From NCBI GenBank assembly GCA_030616305.1, contig JAUWXQ010000002.1:1-34430 (forward strand): a stretch of DNA of 34,430 bases, read 5' to 3'. The translations under genes and the position numbers were made by a program. The DNA is from Hadesarchaea archaeon. GTDB taxonomy: Archaea > Hadarchaeota > Hadarchaeia > Hadarchaeales > Hadarchaeaceae. Below, in pieces: positions 33,200-34,430 of this stretch (the stretch's first letter is position 1; the number at the start of each line of letters is the position of its first letter). The notes beneath the pieces were generated by a model. The model had not been told where the DNA came from. It worked only from the letters and a program-made list of their open reading frames with translations, and ran no database searches.

Positions 33200-34430
33200 T
33201 TAATGGCAAATTTCCTTTAAAACCACGTCTGGCTCCGAGTAGTACTCCTGCACCTTTTTGTATATTTCTTCGGTGCTCAGGGATTTTCCCACCATCCACT
33301 TCAGGATTTTCTCCCTTTGCTTCAATTCCTGGTTGACCCTATTGCGGCTCATCCCACTCAACTTAGAGATCTGCTTGATCGTGAGGCTTGGAGTATCAAC
33401 CACTTGGAGTTCATCTTTGGCGGGATCCCAGCGATGGGTTCGGTTCAATTTCACCCTGTTCTCCTCCATTCCAGCTATCTCTGCTATTTCAGTGATCCTC
33501 CGGATGTGCTTCTGACCGGGGAGGTAGAGACGGTGCTCCATGATTATCGCGTCGAGGGCCGAAAGCAATAGTTCGGGGACTTTTACAGGCTGTTTGGTGA
33601 GGCGAGCGAGTGTTTCCTCTGCTGTAGTGTTCGTGTGGATTGTGCTCATGCATCCGACATGGCCTGAAAATGCGGCGAAGACATCAGGGATTTCGGCCCC
33701 CCTCGCTTCCCCTATCACGAGTCTGTCTGGCCTCATCCTCAGGGCGTTTTTCATGAGCTGGGTTAAAGTTACCTCTTCCAAACCCTCGGTTGGCAGGCGC
33801 GTTTCAAGCCTTATCCAATGCTGGTGGGGAAGATGAAGTTCAGCCGGATCCTCTATTGAAACCACGCGCTCTCGTTCCGGGACGAAAATCGATATAGCAC
33901 CCAGGGTAGTTGTCTTGCCACAACCAGCCCCACCTGCTATTAGAAGGTTCGACGGCCTTACGCCCATCCCCTCCACTAGGAGCCAGAGGAAAGCCCCGGC
34001 GTTGACAGAGAGGGTCCCGAGTTTTATCAGATCCACGATGTCAAGGGTTTGTTTCCTGAATCTCCTTATGGATATCACAGGCCCCGTGAGTGAAATGGGA
34101 GGTATGATGAGGTTTAACCTACTTCCATCTGGCATGCGGGTATCGAGCAGCGGGGAGCGAATGTCTATGCGCCTTCGCCCCGCGTCAAGCGAAGCTTTCT
34201 CCATTAACCCCCGGAGGACTATTTCGTCGTGGAAAAACACGTTTGAGGAGCACATCCCGTATTTCTGGTGGAAAACATAAACCGGCATTCCCACCCCTAT
34301 TATCATAATATCCTCAAGGTTCTCATCCGCCAACATGGGCTCAATCGGACCATACCCAACACATTCGTCGGTCAAGAGCGCTGCTAATAATTTCTTCCGA
34401 TTGGGCGGTATTTTCTTCCACAGTTTCTCC
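33200..34430 (-). CDS. Second type IV pilus/secretion ATPase (ArlI/VirB11/TadA-like); the 5' end lies outside the window
   Basis: It has Walker A GGAGCGKTT, Walker B/Asp box PDRLVIGEARGAE and His box GHVGCMSTIHTN. The frame stays open upstream of the TTG at 34375 to the window end (...EKLWKKIPPNRKKLLAALL-TDEC). Confidence 0.88.
   Translation of the reverse strand, partial: EKLWKKIPPNRKKLLAALLTDECVGYGPIEPMLADENLEDIMIIGVGMPVYVFHQKYGMCSSNVFFHDEIVLRGLMEKASLDAGRRRIDIRSPLLDTRMPDGSRLNLIIPPISLTGPVISIRRFRKQTLDIVDLIKLGTLSVNAGAFLWLLVEGMGVRPSNLLIAGGAGCGKTTTLGAISIFVPERERVVSIEDPAELHLPHQHWIRLETRLPTEGLEEVTLTQLMKNALRMRPDRLVIGEARGAEIPDVFAAFSGHVGCMSTIHTNTTAEETLARLTKQPVKVPELLLSALDAIIMEHRLYLPGQKHIRRITEIAEIAGMEENRVKLNRTHRWDPAKDELQVVDTPSLTIKQISKLSGMSRNRVNQELKQREKILKWMVGKSLSTEEIYKKVQEYYSEPDVVLKEICH

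Noticed and set aside
33084-33299. 71-aa minus-strand ORF overlapping the 3' end of the second ATPase gene and the spacer
   Set aside because: It overlaps a strong CDS in another frame and has no motifs. The spacer is better explained as a terminator plus the promoter for the PKD gene.

Overview
This window reads as archaeal chromosome with no rRNA, tRNA, CRISPR array or transposase that I could find. The archaeal assignment rests on radA, a zinc-ribbon RPA, Cdc48/VCP, archaeal-type MinD, class III signal-peptide pilins and TATA-like AT boxes about 25-50 nt upstream of starts. It falls into three parts. (1) 1-6.2 kb is housekeeping: RPA fragment, radA, HAD phosphatase, MinD, metallophosphoesterase, PRC-barrel protein and Cdc48. 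(2) 6.4-19.6 kb starts with a free-standing mini LAGLIDADG endonuclease gene. An unusually large purine/folate supercluster follows: purN-like, purD, purF-like, purC, purE, purB, folD, 5-formyl-THF cyclo-ligase, purM, purL and guaA subunit B. The PurF homologue has every glutaminase catalytic residue I can align substituted, including Cys1->Ser, while its PRPP-binding domain looks intact. (3) 19.7-34.4 kb is an accessory type IV pilus-like locus. It holds two ArlI/PilB-family ATPases, one ArlJ/TadC-family platform protein and three proteins with near-identical class III (prepilin) signal peptides. One of these is a small putative major pilin, one carries a C-terminal lectin/CBM-like domain, and one is a 571-aa chimera with a GC-rich FN3-like module. 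The locus also has a PKD-PKD-CBM membrane protein and an Lrp/AsnC regulator. The best candidate for an undescribed system is a divergently transcribed cytoplasmic operon next to the pilus motor. It encodes a MinD/ParA ATPase, a KaiC/ArlH-like protein with destroyed Walker A and B motifs, and a family-1 solute-binding-protein homologue with no export signal. All functional calls come from motif recognition by eye. No database search was run.
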